A stretch of DNA of 64,000 nt from sequence record NC_054933.1; one strand, 5' to 3'. Positions within the stretch are counted from its first letter, which is position 1. Every line of letters starts with the position of its first letter. Below, in pieces: positions 11,840-22,257 of the stretch. This DNA comes from Escherichia phage teqhad. Position numbers and translations under genes: made by a program. The notes beneath the pieces are model-generated. The model saw nothing but the letters and a program-made list of their open reading frames with translations. It searched no databases and had not been told where the DNA came from.

Positions 11840-13351
11840 ATGACTGACATTAAAGTACATTTTTATGATTTTAGTCACGTGAGAATTGATTGTGAAGAAA
11901 GTACATTTCATGAACTCCGTGATTTCTTTAGCTTTGAAGCTGATGGGTATCGTTTTAATCCGAAATACAAATATGGCCACTGGGATGGACGAATCCGTCT
12001 TTTAGATTATAATCGTCTTCTTCCATTCGGCTTAGTCGGGCAAATTAAAAAGTTCTGTGATAACTTTGGCTATAAAGCCTGGATTGACCCACAAATTAAC
12101 GAAAAAGAAGAATTATCAAGAAAAGATTTTGATGAATGGCTTTCTAAATTAGAAATCTATTCAGGAAATAAAAGAATTGAACCACACTGGTATCAAAAAG
12201 ATGCAGTGTTCGAAGGATTAGTTAATCGTCGTAGAATTCTTAATCTTCCAACATCCGCTGGTAAATCGTTAATTCAAGCTTTGCTTGCGCGATATTATTT
12301 GGAAAATTATGAAGGTAAAATTCTTATCATTGTTCCAACAACTGCTCTGACAACTCAGATGGCTGATGACTTTGTTGATTATCGTTTATTCAGTCATGCA
12401 ATGATAAAGAAAATTGGTGGAGGAGCATCAAAAGATGATAAATATAAAAATGATGCACCAGTCGTTGTTGGTACATGGCAAACTGTAGTAAAACAACCGA
12501 AAGAATGGTTCTCACAGTTTGGAATGATGATGAATGATGAATGCCATCTTGCTACAGGAAAAAGTATTTCATCTATCATATCAGGTTTAAATAACTGCAT
12601 GTTCAAATTCGGTTTGTCTGGTTCATTACGTGACGGCAAAGCTAATATCATGCAGTATGTTGGAATGTTCGGTGAAATATTTAAGCCAGTAACGACTTCT
12701 AAATTAATGGAAGATGGACAAGTAACTGAGCTAAAAATTAATAGTATTTTTCTTCGCTATCCAGATGAGTTCACTACTAAATTAAAGGGAAAAACTTACC
12801 AAGAAGAAATAAAAATTATTACTGGGCTCAGTAAAAGAAATAAATGGATCGCTAAATTAGCTATTAAGCTTGCGCAAAAAGATGAAAACGCTTTTGTCAT
12901 GTTTAAACATGTATCGCATGGTAAAGCTATTTTCGATTTAATTAAAAATGAATACGATAAAGTTTATTACGTATCAGGGGAAGTTGATACCGAAACCCGC
13001 AATATAATGAAAACCTTAGCTGAAAATGGTAAAGGAATAATTATAGTAGCTAGTTATGGTGTATTTTCTACTGGTATTTCAGTTAAAAATCTGCATCACG
13101 TTGTTTTAGCGCACGGTGTTAAATCAAAAATCATTGTATTACAAACAATCGGTCGTGTATTACGTAAGCATGGTTCTAAAACAATCGCAACCGTCTGGGA
13201 CCTCATAGATGATTGTGGTGTTAAGCCAAAATCTGCTAATACGAAAAAGAAATATGTTCATTTGAACTATCTTTTAAAACACGGCATTGATCGTATTCAG
13301 CGCTACGCAGATGAAAAATTTAATTACGTAATGAAAACAGTTAATTTATAA
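11840..13351 (+). CDS. uvsW: UvsW RNA-DNA and DNA-DNA helicase
   Basis: 503 aa; helicase motifs (PTSAGKS Walker A, DECH box). Confidence 0.93.
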   Translation: MTDIKVHFYDFSHVRIDCEESTFHELRDFFSFEADGYRFNPKYKYGHWDGRIRLLDYNRLLPFGLVGQIKKFCDNFGYKAWIDPQINEKEELSRKDFDEWLSKLEIYSGNKRIEPHWYQKDAVFEGLVNRRRILNLPTSAGKSLIQALLARYYLENYEGKILIIVPTTALTTQMADDFVDYRLFSHAMIKKIGGGASKDDKYKNDAPVVVGTWQTVVKQPKEWFSQFGMMMNDECHLATGKSISSIISGLNNCMFKFGLSGSLRDGKANIMQYVGMFGEIFKPVTTSKLMEDGQVTELKINSIFLRYPDEFTTKLKGKTYQEEIKIITGLSKRNKWIAKLAIKLAQKDENAFVMFKHVSHGKAIFDLIKNEYDKVYYVSGEVDTETRNIMKTLAENGKGIIIVASYGVFSTGISVKNLHHVVLAHGVKSKIIVLQTIGRVLRKHGSKTIATVWDLIDDCGVKPKSANTKKKYVHLNYLLKHGIDRIQRYADEKFNYVMKTVNL

Positions 13352-13376
13352 GGGCTTCGGCCCTTTGGAGAAAAAG

Positions 13377-13607
13377 ATGTTACTAGAATTTAAACAATTT
13401 CTTTATGAAGCTTCTATTGATGAATTTATGGGTAAAATTGCCTCTTGTCAAACATTAGAAGGTTTAGAAGAACTTGAAGCTTATTATAAGAAAAGAGTCA
13501 AAGAAACTGAATTAAAAGATACTGATGACATCTCTGTGAGAGATGCTTTGGCAGGAAAAAGAGCTGAATTAGAAGATTCAGATGATGAAGTAGAAGAAAG
13601 CTTTTAA
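13377..13607 (+). CDS. uvsW.1: UvsW.1 small protein
   Basis: ATG at 13377 with GGAG upstream gives 76 aa; ORF-track start at 13365 is a TTG. Confidence 0.8.
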   Translation: MLLEFKQFLYEASIDEFMGKIASCQTLEGLEELEAYYKKRVKETELKDTDDISVRDALAGKRAELEDSDDEVEESF

Positions 13608-13662
13608 ATTAAAAAAGGCCCAACCAAAAAGGAAGGGCCAAAACTATAGACTAAAGGTCACA

Positions 13663-13830
13663 CTATAGCAAAAGTTGTGTTTCATTTAATTGTTCTTCCG
13701 AACTTTCTGAAACTGGTAGTTCTTTAATGTAATTATAGCAAGGCCCGGGATGTACAGGACCTTTGTCTGTTTCAACAACCAATGCAGAATCGATTGGAGT
13801 TTTACAGACAACACAAATCTTATCTGACAT
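13663..13830 (-). CDS. small Cys-containing protein, 55 aa (uvsY.-2 position), not in ORF track
   Basis: Hand translation MSDKICVVCKTPIDSALVVETDKGPVHPGPCYNYIKELPVSESSEEQLNETQLLL; GGAG 6 nt upstream of ATG. Confidence 0.55.
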   Translation of the reverse strand: MSDKICVVCKTPIDSALVVETDKGPVHPGPCYNYIKELPVSESSEEQLNETQLLL

Positions 13831-13858
13831 GATTGTCTCCTCTGAATTATATATCTAT

Positions 13859-14083
13859 TTATACAACTCTCATATGCATATCAATGCCCATATCTTTAGA
13901 ATAAAAATATTCATCAAGATATCCGGCAAATTTTCCTTTAATATAAAGGACATCTTCACCACACGGGTGGTCGGCCAGGATACGAATATCCTGGCGCTTA
14001 AGATTATGCTTTTTCATTAAGAATTGAATTTCCGTTTCAAATTCTTCTTCATAATTAAAAGCATCATCAATGCTATATCTCAT
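13859..14083 (-). CDS. hypothetical protein (uvsY.-1 position)
   Basis: 74 aa ORF immediately downstream of uvsY. Confidence 0.65.
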   Translation of the reverse strand: MRYSIDDAFNYEEEFETEIQFLMKKHNLKRQDIRILADHPCGEDVLYIKGKFAGYLDEYFYSKDMGIDMHMRVV

Positions 14084-14496
14084 TATTTTCCAGCCTCAAA
14101 TGCTCGCATGTCTTGAATATGCTTAATAGCAAATCCACGCGATTTAATAGCATCAAGAGCTCCGCTACAAAAATCCAATAAAATTCCCCAATACTGTAAC
14201 GAGGTATCAACCTTTAAAACATCCTTATCCGCTGATAGAACTGTCTTCATTTCTGATTTCTCGTAACGATCCATACTAAATTCATCACCATCTCCTCGTC
14301 CCGAGTAGTAGTCTAATTTAGCTTTAAGAGCAACTTTTTTCTGTGCATCAATTCTAAGCATTTCCTTTTTAATACTTGAATGCTTATTAAGCCATTTACT
14401 ATATAACATCACATTATTAGCTGCTTCATACTGTAATTTAGTCGAATCTATAAACACATCTTTCTTCAATTCTTCTTGAAGATCTTCTAATCTCAT
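14083..14496 (-). CDS. uvsY: recombination mediator UvsY
   Basis: 137 aa, MRLEDLQEELKKDVF...; MotA-box middle promoter upstream. Confidence 0.93.
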   Translation of the reverse strand: MRLEDLQEELKKDVFIDSTKLQYEAANNVMLYSKWLNKHSSIKKEMLRIDAQKKVALKAKLDYYSGRGDGDEFSMDRYEKSEMKTVLSADKDVLKVDTSLQYWGILLDFCSGALDAIKSRGFAIKHIQDMRAFEAGK

Positions 14497-14536
14497 ATTG
14501 TTCTCTATTCAATTGTTATTGGATGGACTTAGATTC

Positions 14537-14562
14537 ATTATACCACGTTTATACGTGAAGCA
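14537..14562 (-). promoter_or_regulatory. MotA-dependent middle promoter for uvsY
   Basis: Minus strand reads aaTGCTTCA (MotA box), 13 nt, then TATAAT. Confidence 0.65.
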
Positions 14563-14961
14563 TTATACTCTATTACTGGAAGCCAGTTGTAGTTTTATCT
14601 GCTCAATGTCATCAGGGTTATCAATGACCGAAAAGCGTATTTCTACTATCAGAGTATAATCATCATAAACTGGTATAACATTAACTGCTAATTTATCAAT
14701 ACGTGGCTCATAGTTTCTTACTGCGCTTTCGATATTGCGCTCAACTGTGTCAGCAGTAAGAGGAGTCATATTTTCAAAAAGCTGGTCTGATAAATCACAT
14801 CCAAATTCAGGGTCAAACGGTCTTGAACCTTTTCTTGTTGTAATAATTCCCAAAAGACTGTTTTTAATTGACCTTAATCCAAGTGATCTGGAAACGTCTT
14901 TGTTCCAATCCATTTTCATCTCTGGGTCAATATCAGAATAAAGCTTATTAATATTTGCCAT
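14563..14961 (-). CDS. 25: baseplate wedge protein gp25
   Basis: 132 aa, position and size as T4 gp25. Confidence 0.9.
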   Translation of the reverse strand: MANINKLYSDIDPEMKMDWNKDVSRSLGLRSIKNSLLGIITTRKGSRPFDPEFGCDLSDQLFENMTPLTADTVERNIESAVRNYEPRIDKLAVNVIPVYDDYTLIVEIRFSVIDNPDDIEQIKLQLASSNRV

Positions 14962-15587
14962 TACAATAGCTCAAAGAATTCTTTGAGTCCTCTTATTACA
15001 TGAGCGTGAGTTTTTCCACACTCTGGACACTTAATTGGAACAGCCAAATAAACAGTAGGCTTTAAAAGCATATCTTTTATAGCTACAATATCTGACTCTG
15101 TGATGATAGAATATAAATCTTCCAGTTCTTTTTCATTTAAGTCTTCAACTGGAATGCTTTCCCCGTTAGCATGAATCGTTTCTATACATGATACTATCAT
15201 GTGGGCTATATTTTTATCATCAAAAATTTTAGGGTAATGGAATTTAATTTTAATGTCACCCAGTGTATACCAGAGGTCTTCTGGTGCATCTATTTGTGTA
15301 TGTAATAGATTTATATGGGTTGGTATTTCAGTTCCACAGGTGCACTTCCAGGAATTTTCGTGATTAACTTCACCAAGAGAATGTGCCCATAAATGAATCA
15401 ACAATAGTTCTGATTCTTGGCGGTTTAAATCTTTTGCATTTGTGCAGTCTTTGATTAGCTTTTTAACAATTACTTCTACGGAACCATTATTTTTGGCAGT
15501 AATAAGTTCTAGATATTCTTTAAGCGTGAATGCGCGACAATTGATTATTTTAGAACCAACTCTCACATCAAATTTATATTCATACAT
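14961..15587 (-). CDS. 26: baseplate hub protein gp26
   Basis: 208 aa, divergent from gene 51. Confidence 0.88.
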   Translation of the reverse strand: MYEYKFDVRVGSKIINCRAFTLKEYLELITAKNNGSVEVIVKKLIKDCTNAKDLNRQESELLLIHLWAHSLGEVNHENSWKCTCGTEIPTHINLLHTQIDAPEDLWYTLGDIKIKFHYPKIFDDKNIAHMIVSCIETIHANGESIPVEDLNEKELEDLYSIITESDIVAIKDMLLKPTVYLAVPIKCPECGKTHAHVIRGLKEFFELL

Positions 15588-15608
15588 ATTTAGCTCCTTT
15601 ATTTATCA

Positions 15609-15620
15609 TATTTATAAATA
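15609..15620. promoter_or_regulatory. overlapping divergent late promoters (gene 26/25 leftward, gene 51 rightward)
   Basis: tatttataaata contains TATAAATA on both strands. Confidence 0.65.
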
Positions 15621-15637
15621 GAATAAAAGGAGCATCT

Positions 15638-16387
15638 ATGGCAAACATTATTCGTTGTAAATTACCAGATGGTGTTCATCGTTTTAAACCATTTACGGTA
15701 GAAGATTATCGAGATTTTTTGTTAGTTCGAAACGATATAGAACATCGGTCACCACAAGAACAAAAAGAAATAATTACTGATTTAATTGATGATTATTTTG
15801 GAGACTATCCGAAGACTTGGCAACCATTTATATTTTTGCAGGTATTTGTAGGTTCAATAGGTAAAACTAAAGTACCCGTCACATTTGTATGTCCAAAATG
15901 TAAAAAAGAAAAGACAGTTCCATTTGAAATATATCAAAAAGAATTAAAGGAACCTGTTTTTGATGTAGCTAATGTTAAAATTAAATTAAAGTTTCCTTCT
16001 GAGTTTTATGAAAATAAAGCAAAGATGATTACTGAAAATATTCATTCTGTTCAAGTAGATGAAATATGGTATGATTGGAAGGAAATTAGTGAATCAAGCC
16101 AAATAGAACTTGTTGATGCCATCGAGATAGAAACATTAGAAAAAATTCTCGATGCAATGAATCCTATTAATTTAACTCTACATATGTCATGCTGTAATAA
16201 GTACATTAAAAAATACACTGATATAGTAGACGTGTTTAAGCTATTAGTTAACCCAGATGAGATATTTACTTTTTATCAAATTAATCACACACTCGTAAAA
16301 AGTAATTATAGCTTAAATTCAATAATGAAAATGATTCCTGCCGAGCGCGGATTCGTATTAAAACTGATTGAGAAGGATAAACAATAA
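15638..16387 (+). CDS. 51: baseplate hub assembly catalyst gp51
   Basis: 249 aa; late promoter at 15613-15620. Confidence 0.88.
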   Translation: MANIIRCKLPDGVHRFKPFTVEDYRDFLLVRNDIEHRSPQEQKEIITDLIDDYFGDYPKTWQPFIFLQVFVGSIGKTKVPVTFVCPKCKKEKTVPFEIYQKELKEPVFDVANVKIKLKFPSEFYENKAKMITENIHSVQVDEIWYDWKEISESSQIELVDAIEIETLEKILDAMNPINLTLHMSCCNKYIKKYTDIVDVFKLLVNPDEIFTFYQINHTLVKSNYSLNSIMKMIPAERGFVLKLIEKDKQ

Positions 16388-17562
16388 TGAGTATGTTGCA
16401 ACGCCCCGGATATCCAAATCTCAGCGTTAAATTATTTGATAGCTACGACGCTTGGAGTAATAATAGATTTGTTGAATTAGCTGCTACTATTACCACATTA
16501 ACTATGCGGGATTCTCTTTATGGACGAAATGAAGGAATGCTGCAGTTTTATGATTCTAAAAATATCCACACAAAAATGGATGGAAATGAAATAATTCAAA
16601 TTTCTGTAGCTAATGCAAACGATATTAATAATGTTAAAACACGAATTTATGGATGCAAGCATTTTTCCGTGTCAGTAGATTCAAAAGGTGATAACATCAT
16701 TGCTATTGAATTGGGAACTATTCATTCTATAGAAAATCTTAAATTTGGTAGACCATTTTTCCCTGATGCAGGTGAATCTATAAAAGAAATGCTTGGTGTC
16801 ATTTATCAAGACCGCACATTATTAACTCCAGCAATAAATGCTATAAATGCTTATGTTCCTGATATTCCATGGACTAGCACATTTGAAAACTATTTGTCAT
16901 ATGTAAGAGAAGTTGCTCTAGCTGTAGGAAGCGACAAATTTGTATTTGTATGGCAAGACATCATGGGAGTTAACATGATGGACTATGATATGATGATAAA
17001 TCAAGAACCATATCCAATGATTGTCGGTGAGCCATCTTTAATAGGTCAATTTGTCCAAGAATTAAAATACCCATTAGCATATGATTTTGTTTGGTTGACT
17101 AAATCGAATCCTCACAAACGTGACCCAATGAAAAATGCTACTATCTATGCTCATTCATTTTTAGATTCTTCACTGCCAATGATTACTACAGGAAAGGGCG
17201 AAAACTCTATTGTGGTGTCAAGGTCAGGTGCTTATTCTGAAATGACTTATAGGAATGGATATGAAGAAGCTATTCGTCTTCAAACTATGGCACAATATGA
17301 CGGCTATGCTAAATGTTCTACTGTCGGTAATTTTAACTTGACTCCTGGTGTTAAAATTATTTTTAATGATAGTAAAAACCAATTTAAAACAGAATTTTAC
17401 GTTGATGAAGTTATCCATGAATTATCAAATAATAATTCAGTAACTCATCTATATATGTTCACTAATGCAACGAAACTGGAAACAATAGACCCAGTTAAGG
17501 TTAAAAATGAATTTAAATCTGATACTACCACTGAAGAAAGTAGTTCTTCCAATAAGCAATAA
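16387..17562 (+). CDS. 27: baseplate hub protein gp27
   Basis: 391 aa. Confidence 0.9.
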   Translation: MSMLQRPGYPNLSVKLFDSYDAWSNNRFVELAATITTLTMRDSLYGRNEGMLQFYDSKNIHTKMDGNEIIQISVANANDINNVKTRIYGCKHFSVSVDSKGDNIIAIELGTIHSIENLKFGRPFFPDAGESIKEMLGVIYQDRTLLTPAINAINAYVPDIPWTSTFENYLSYVREVALAVGSDKFVFVWQDIMGVNMMDYDMMINQEPYPMIVGEPSLIGQFVQELKYPLAYDFVWLTKSNPHKRDPMKNATIYAHSFLDSSLPMITTGKGENSIVVSRSGAYSEMTYRNGYEEAIRLQTMAQYDGYAKCSTVGNFNLTPGVKIIFNDSKNQFKTEFYVDEVIHELSNNNSVTHLYMFTNATKLETIDPVKVKNEFKSDTTTEESSSSNKQ

Positions 17563-18040
17563 AGAAGTTTCTATTCCTAAAATGGGTCTTAAACATTATA
17601 ACATTTTAAAGGATGTTAAAGGTCCTGATGAAAATTTAAAACTTCTTATTGATTCTATTTGTCCGAATTTATCACCGGCAGAAGTTGATTTCGTTTCTAT
17701 TCATTTATTGGAATTTAATGGAAAGATTAAATCTCGTAAAGAAATAGATGGCTATACTTATGACATTAATGATGTCTATGTATGCCAAAGATTAGAATTT
17801 CAATACCAAGGAAATACATTTTATTTTAGACCTCCTGGAAAATTTGAACAATTTTTAACGGTGAGCGATATGTTATCCAAATGCTTGCTTAAGGTCAATG
17901 ATGAAGTTAAAGAAATTAATTTTCTTGAGATGCCAGCATTCGTTTTAAAATGGGCAAATGATATTTTTACAACTTTAGCAATTCCTGGCCCTAATGGTCC
18001 AATAACCGGAATTGGCAATATTATTGGATTATTTGAATGA
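17507..18040 (+). CDS. 28: baseplate hub distal subunit gp28
   Basis: 177 aa; overlaps 3' end of gene 27 out of frame. Confidence 0.85.
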   Translation: MNLNLILPLKKVVLPISNKEVSIPKMGLKHYNILKDVKGPDENLKLLIDSICPNLSPAEVDFVSIHLLEFNGKIKSRKEIDGYTYDINDVYVCQRLEFQYQGNTFYFRPPGKFEQFLTVSDMLSKCLLKVNDEVKEINFLEMPAFVLKWANDIFTTLAIPGPNGPITGIGNIIGLFE

Positions 18041-19809
18041 AAAAGCCACAAGAAATGCAAACGATGCGTAGAAAAGTTATTTCAGATAATAAACCAACAC
18101 AGGAAGCGGCTAAATCCGCTTCCAACACTTTATCTGGACTTAACGATATATCTACGAAATTGGATGATGCTCAAGCTGCCTCTGAATTAATAGCTCAAAC
18201 TGTCGAAGAAAAATCGAATGAAATAGTTGGAGCAATTGACAACGTTGAAAGCGCAGTGAGTGATACTACCGCAGGTTCTGAGTTAATTGCCGAGACTGTT
18301 GAAATTGGCAATAATATCAATAAAGAAATCGGTGAATCACTCGGGAGCAAATTAGATAAATTAACAAGTTTACTAGAGCAAAAAATCCAGACAGCTGGAA
18401 TTCAACAGACTGGGACTAGTTTAGCTACAGTTGAAAGCGCTATTCCTGTTAAAGTCGTTGAAGATGATACTGCTGAATCTGTGGGTCCTTTATTACCGGC
18501 TCCCGAAGCAGTTAATAATGATCCTGATGCTGATTTTTTCCCGACCCCTCAGCCAGTTGAGCCAAAGCAAGAATCACCAGAAGAAAAACAGAAAAAAGAA
18601 GCATTTAACTTAAAATTATCTCAAGCTTTAGATAAATTAACAAAGACAGTTGATTTTGGATTTAAGAAATCTATTTCAATTACTGATAAAATATCAAGCA
18701 TGCTATTTAAGTACACCGTCAGTGCTGCTATTGAAGCTGCTAAAATGACTGCAATGATATTGGCTGTTGTTGTTGGAATAGACCTGTTGATGGTTCATTT
18801 TAAATACTGGTCAGATAAATTTTCAAAAGCCTGGGATTTATTTAATACTGACTTTACTAAATTCTCTAGCGAAACCGGAACATGGGGTCCTTTATTACAG
18901 AGCATCTTTGATTCTATTGATAAAATTAAACAACTTTGGGAAGCGGGAGATTGGAGTGGATTAACAGTAGCTATTGTTGAAGGGCTTGGAAAGGTTCTTT
19001 TTAATTTAGGAGAGCTTATTCAATTAGGTATGGCTAAATTATCTGCGGCAATTCTTCGAGTTATTCCTGGTATGAAAGATACCGCTGATGAAGTAGAAGG
19101 AAGAGCGCTGGAAAATTTCCAAAATTCTACTGGAGCATCTCTCAATAAAGAAGACCAGGAAAAAGTTGCAAATTATCAAGATAAACGAATGAACGGAGAC
19201 CTTGGTCCGATAGCAAAAGGATTAGATAAAATTGCTAATTGGAAAACTCGTGCATCTAATTGGATTCGTGGGGTTGATAATAAAGAAGCACTAACTACCG
19301 ACGAAGAACGTGCAGCAGAAGAAGAAAAATTAAAGCAACTTTCACCTGAAGAAAGAAAAAATGCTTTAATGAAGGCTAATGAAGCCCGTGCCGCAATGAT
19401 TCGCTTTGAAAAATATGCTGATTCAGCTGATATGAGTAAAGACTCAACGGTTAAATCTGTTGAATCTGCCTATGAAGACCTTAAAAAACGGATGGATGAC
19501 CCGGATTTAAATAATTCACCGGCAGTTAAAAAAGAACTTGCTGCTAGATTTTCTAAAATTGATGCTACTTATCAAGAGCTCAAGAAAAATCAGCCTAATG
19601 CCAAACCTGAAACTTCTGCTAAATCGCCAGAAGCAAAACAAGTCCAGGTAATAGAAAAGAACAAAGCACAGCAAGCTCCTGTTCAACAAGCATCTCCTTC
19701 AATCAACAATACTAATAATGTTATTAAGAAAAATACTGTCGTTCATAATATGACACCTGTCACAAGCACGACTGCTCCTGGTGTATTTGATGCGACTGGA
19801 GTTAATTAA
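18037..19809 (+). CDS. 29: baseplate hub / tail length determinator gp29
   Basis: 590 aa. Confidence 0.9.
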   Translation: MKKPQEMQTMRRKVISDNKPTQEAAKSASNTLSGLNDISTKLDDAQAASELIAQTVEEKSNEIVGAIDNVESAVSDTTAGSELIAETVEIGNNINKEIGESLGSKLDKLTSLLEQKIQTAGIQQTGTSLATVESAIPVKVVEDDTAESVGPLLPAPEAVNNDPDADFFPTPQPVEPKQESPEEKQKKEAFNLKLSQALDKLTKTVDFGFKKSISITDKISSMLFKYTVSAAIEAAKMTAMILAVVVGIDLLMVHFKYWSDKFSKAWDLFNTDFTKFSSETGTWGPLLQSIFDSIDKIKQLWEAGDWSGLTVAIVEGLGKVLFNLGELIQLGMAKLSAAILRVIPGMKDTADEVEGRALENFQNSTGASLNKEDQEKVANYQDKRMNGDLGPIAKGLDKIANWKTRASNWIRGVDNKEALTTDEERAAEEEKLKQLSPEERKNALMKANEARAAMIRFEKYADSADMSKDSTVKSVESAYEDLKKRMDDPDLNNSPAVKKELAARFSKIDATYQELKKNQPNAKPETSAKSPEAKQVQVIEKNKAQQAPVQQASPSINNTNNVIKKNTVVHNMTPVTSTTAPGVFDATGVN

Positions 19810-19817
19810 GGAATAAT

Positions 19818-20912
19818 ATGGCAATTGTTAAAGAAATAACTGCTGATTTAATTAAAAAGTCCGGTGAGAAAATTTCAGCCGGACAGAGTACTAAATCAGA
19901 AGTAGGAACTAAAACATACACAGCCCAGTTTCCAACTGGGCGTGCTAGTGGTAATGACACTACAGGGGACTTCCAGGTAACAGATCTATATAAGAATGGA
20001 TTATTATTTACTGCATACAATATGTCATCTAGGGATTCTGGAAGTCTTAGATCGATGAGATCTAACTACTCTTCTTCATCTTCGAGTATTTTACGTACAG
20101 CCAGAAACACTATCAGTAATACAGTATCAAAACTGTCAAATGGATTAATATCAGATAATAATTCAGGAACAATAAGTAAAGCCCCTGTTGCAAATATTCT
20201 TTTACCAAGATCTAAATCCGATGTTGATACATCATCACATAGATTTAATGATGTTCAAGAAAGTCTTATCAGCAGAGGCGGAGGTACTGCTACTGGTGTG
20301 CTAAGTAATATTGCTTCAACTGCAGTATTTGGGGCACTGGAAAGTATAACACAAGGTATAATGGCTGATAATAATGAACAGATTTATACGACAGCCAGAA
20401 GTATGTATGGTGGTGCTGAAAATAGAACTAAAGTGTTTACATGGGATTTGACTCCACGTTCAACAGAAGATTTAATGGCTATTATTAATATCTATCAATA
20501 TTTTAACTATTTTTCTTATGGTGAAACGGGTAAATCTCAATATGCTGCTGAAATAAAGGGGTATTTAGATGATTGGTATCGTTCTACGTTAATTGAACCT
20601 TTATCTCCGGAAGACGCAGCTAAAAATAAAACACTATTTGAGAAAATGACATCGAGTTTAACTAACGTTCTAGTAGTTTCAAACCCGACAATTTGGATGG
20701 TGAAAAACTTTGGTGCAACATCTAAGTTTGATGGAAAAACGGAAATATTTGGCCCATGCCAAATACAAAGCATCAGATTTGATAAAACACCTAATGGTAA
20801 CTTTAACGGATTGGCTATTGCTCCAAACCTCCCTAGTACATTTACTCTTGAGATTACTATGAGAGAAATTATCACGTTAAACCGTGCTTCTTTATATGCG
20901 GGGACTTTTTAA
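19818..20912 (+). CDS. 48: baseplate tail tube cap gp48
   Basis: 364 aa. Confidence 0.9.
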   Translation: MAIVKEITADLIKKSGEKISAGQSTKSEVGTKTYTAQFPTGRASGNDTTGDFQVTDLYKNGLLFTAYNMSSRDSGSLRSMRSNYSSSSSSILRTARNTISNTVSKLSNGLISDNNSGTISKAPVANILLPRSKSDVDTSSHRFNDVQESLISRGGGTATGVLSNIASTAVFGALESITQGIMADNNEQIYTTARSMYGGAENRTKVFTWDLTPRSTEDLMAIINIYQYFNYFSYGETGKSQYAAEIKGYLDDWYRSTLIEPLSPEDAAKNKTLFEKMTSSLTNVLVVSNPTIWMVKNFGATSKFDGKTEIFGPCQIQSIRFDKTPNGNFNGLAIAPNLPSTFTLEITMREIITLNRASLYAGTF

Positions 20913-21877
20913 TGTATTCTTTAGAGGAATTTAATAATCAAGCAATAAACGCAGATTTCCAACGTAATAATATGTTTAGCTGCGTTTTTGCGACAACTCC
21001 ATCAACTAAAAGCTCTTCGTTGATAAGTTCAATTAGCAACTTTTCTTATAATAACTTGGGCCTAAATTCAGATTGGTTAGGATTGACTCAAGGTGATATT
21101 AATCAGGGAATTACCACGCTAATTACTGCTGGCACACAAAAACTGATAAGAAAATCAGGGGTTAGTAAATATCTTATTGGCGCTATGAGTCAACGTACAG
21201 TTCAAAGTTTATTAGGCTCATTTACAGTTGGTACATATTTAATTGACTTCTTTAACATGGCATATAACTCATCTGGATTGATGATATATTCTGTAAAAAT
21301 GCCAGAGAATAGATTATCCTATGAAACTGACTGGAACTATAACTCTCCTAATATTCGTATAACTGGAAGAGAATTAGACCCTTTGGTTATTTCATTTAGA
21401 ATGGATTCAGAAGCTTGTAACTATCGTGCAATGCAAGACTGGGTTAACGCTGTTCAAGACCCAGTAACTGGATTGCGTGCTTTACCGCAAGATGTCGAGG
21501 CAGATATTCAGGTTAATCTTCATTCTCGTAATGGATTGCCTCATACTGCGGTGATGTTCACTGGATGCATTCCAATATCAGTGAGCGCTCCTGAGTTATC
21601 ATATGATGGAGATAACCAAATAACTACATTTGACGTTACTTTTGCGTATAGAGTGATGCAGGCTGGAGCAGTTGATAGGCAAGCTGCGCTTGAATGGCTT
21701 GAATCTGCTGCTATAAATGGTATTCAAAGCGTTCTCGGAAATAGTGGAGGTGTTACTGGACTATCTAATTCGCTTTCACGACTCAGTAGATTAGGGGGAA
21801 CTGCAGGAAGCATTTCAAACATTAATACTATGACAGGAATTGTCAATTCGCAAAGTAAAATATTAGGAGCAATATAA
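20912..21877 (+). CDS. 54: baseplate tail tube initiator gp54
   Basis: 321 aa; overlapping stop/start with gene 48. Confidence 0.9.
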   Translation: MYSLEEFNNQAINADFQRNNMFSCVFATTPSTKSSSLISSISNFSYNNLGLNSDWLGLTQGDINQGITTLITAGTQKLIRKSGVSKYLIGAMSQRTVQSLLGSFTVGTYLIDFFNMAYNSSGLMIYSVKMPENRLSYETDWNYNSPNIRITGRELDPLVISFRMDSEACNYRAMQDWVNAVQDPVTGLRALPQDVEADIQVNLHSRNGLPHTAVMFTGCIPISVSAPELSYDGDNQITTFDVTFAYRVMQAGAVDRQAALEWLESAAINGIQSVLGNSGGVTGLSNSLSRLSRLGGTAGSISNINTMTGIVNSQSKILGAI

Positions 21878-21881
21878 CAAT

Positions 21882-21899
21882 GGGGACCTTTCGGTCCCC
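21882..21899. terminator. bidirectional terminator between gene 54 and alt.-3-position ORF
   Basis: GGGGACC-TTTC-GGTCCCC flanked by T-runs. Confidence 0.7.
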
Positions 21900-21905
21900 A
21901 TATTT

Positions 21906-22196
21906 TTATTTACGGAATGAAATAAAAGCAGCAACTGAAGCAACTAAACTGTCTTCAATATAAACCTCAATTTTTACCGGAGCTTCTGACTCAAATTTAC
22001 CTGTTACTATACCCTGAAAAATACTTTCAGTCTGTTCTGGCTTTGAAAAATTTTCAGAAGGAAAAATTCCGAACTTTTTATCTGTTCCAAAAATTTTAAT
22101 AAATTCATCGTAAACTGCTTCATTAAAAGCATTATCAGCAGGAATAACGCCTTCAACTACAAGTTCTTGACCTAAAAAGCGCAAAGAAGATTTCAT
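21906..22196 (-). CDS. hypothetical protein (alt.-3 position)
   Basis: 96 aa ORF driven by GTTTAC-type early promoter at 22228-22257. Confidence 0.65.
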   Translation of the reverse strand: MKSSLRFLGQELVVEGVIPADNAFNEAVYDEFIKIFGTDKKFGIFPSENFSKPEQTESIFQGIVTGKFESEAPVKIEVYIEDSLVASVAAFISFRK

Positions 22197-22203
22197 TTTG
22201 TGT

Positions 22204-22257
22204 TCCTCATGTTATGCCAGTAAGACTACTATAACACAACACGAGGGACTTGTAAAC
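22204..22257 (-). repeat. 54-bp early promoter/leader repeat, copy A
   Basis: About 92 percent identical to 38018-38071 from promoter through RBS. Confidence 0.7.
22228..22257 (-). promoter_or_regulatory. early promoter GTTTAC-N18-TATAGT
   Basis: Minus strand GTTTACA, 18 nt, TATAGT; drives alt.-3-position ORF. Confidence 0.55.
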
